From Neoconidiobolus thromboides FSU 785 (taxonomy: Eukaryota; Fungi; Entomophthoromycota), in assembly GCA_025603075.1 (NCBI GenBank), contig MU626462.1, positions 1 to 34,171 on the forward strand: a DNA stretch of 34,171 nt, written 5' to 3'. The notes beneath the pieces were generated by a model that worked only from the letters and a program-made list of their open reading frames with translations, was not told where the DNA came from and searched no databases. The stretch's first letter is position 1; each line of letters begins with the position of its first letter. This document shows positions 33,870-34,171 of the stretch, piece after piece. The position numbers and the translations under genes are program-made.

Positions 33870-34171
33870 TTAAAGATCGGTAATTTTTACTGAAGCTTTA
33901 CCAAAATTTCTACCTTCTAACATATCAATAAAAGCAGTTGGCAGATTTTCAATACCTTCAGTAATATGTTCTTTGTATTTCATCTTACCTTCACCTAAAT
34001 ATTTCCCAAATATCTCAAATACTTTTGGATAAAGATCCATTCTATCACTTACAATAAATCCTTCAAGACGTATTCTTTTACCAATAATTTGAGTCAAGTT
34101 GTGTATTCCATCACTTTGTTTATCTTTATTATATTGTGAAATCATACCGCATACTGGAATACGACATTTAT
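33870..34171 (-). CDS. NADP-dependent oxidoreductase (MDR family, 2-alkenal/prostaglandin reductase-like), 3' end only
   Basis: RIPVCGMISQYN...IIGKRIRLEGFIVSD...GKMKYKEHITEGIENLPTAFIDMLEGRNFGKASVK; runs off the window edge. Confidence 0.88.
   Translation of the reverse strand, partial: KCRIPVCGMISQYNKDKQSDGIHNLTQIIGKRIRLEGFIVSDRMDLYPKVFEIFGKYLGEGKMKYKEHITEGIENLPTAFIDMLEGRNFGKASVKITDL

Noticed and set aside
1-34171. tRNA, rRNA, snRNA or snoRNA genes
   Set aside because: No convincing T-loop/cloverleaf, rRNA-like GC-richer block or paired C/D boxes seen by eye; small RNAs could still be missed without covariance-model searches.

Overview
Very AT-rich, intron-dense eukaryotic DNA with short GT-AG introns, most likely from an early-diverging fungus (inferred from a Vma11-type proteolipid, Myo2-type myosin V and Nic96; the taxon cannot be fixed from sequence alone). 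Ten protein-coding genes can be reconstructed by hand-splicing: ARP5 (+), a divergent NIC96/NUP93 with an expanded N-terminal region (-), class V myosin (-), a two-LIM CRP-like protein (-), a V-ATPase c/c' proteolipid (-), COX18 (-), an unusual ~730-aa RNase H1-like protein (+), a CMAS/coclaurine-NMT-like methyltransferase (+), an uninterrupted 1850-aa focadhesin-like ORF (-) and the 3' end of an NADP-dependent alkenal/prostaglandin reductase (-). The long intergenic gaps are transposon graveyards. They hold nine copies of a ~82-99 bp MITE-like element with short TIRs and 4-bp A(T/A)AT target duplications, and decayed MULE/Mutator transposase sequence present in two inverted copies whose differences are mostly transitions. 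One MULE fossil appears split by a 1344-bp TIR-bounded insertion. The best leads are the RNase H-like gene, the MITE family, the nested MULE and its RIP-like decay, and the NIC96 N-terminus. All exon and motif calls are by eye; no database searches were run.
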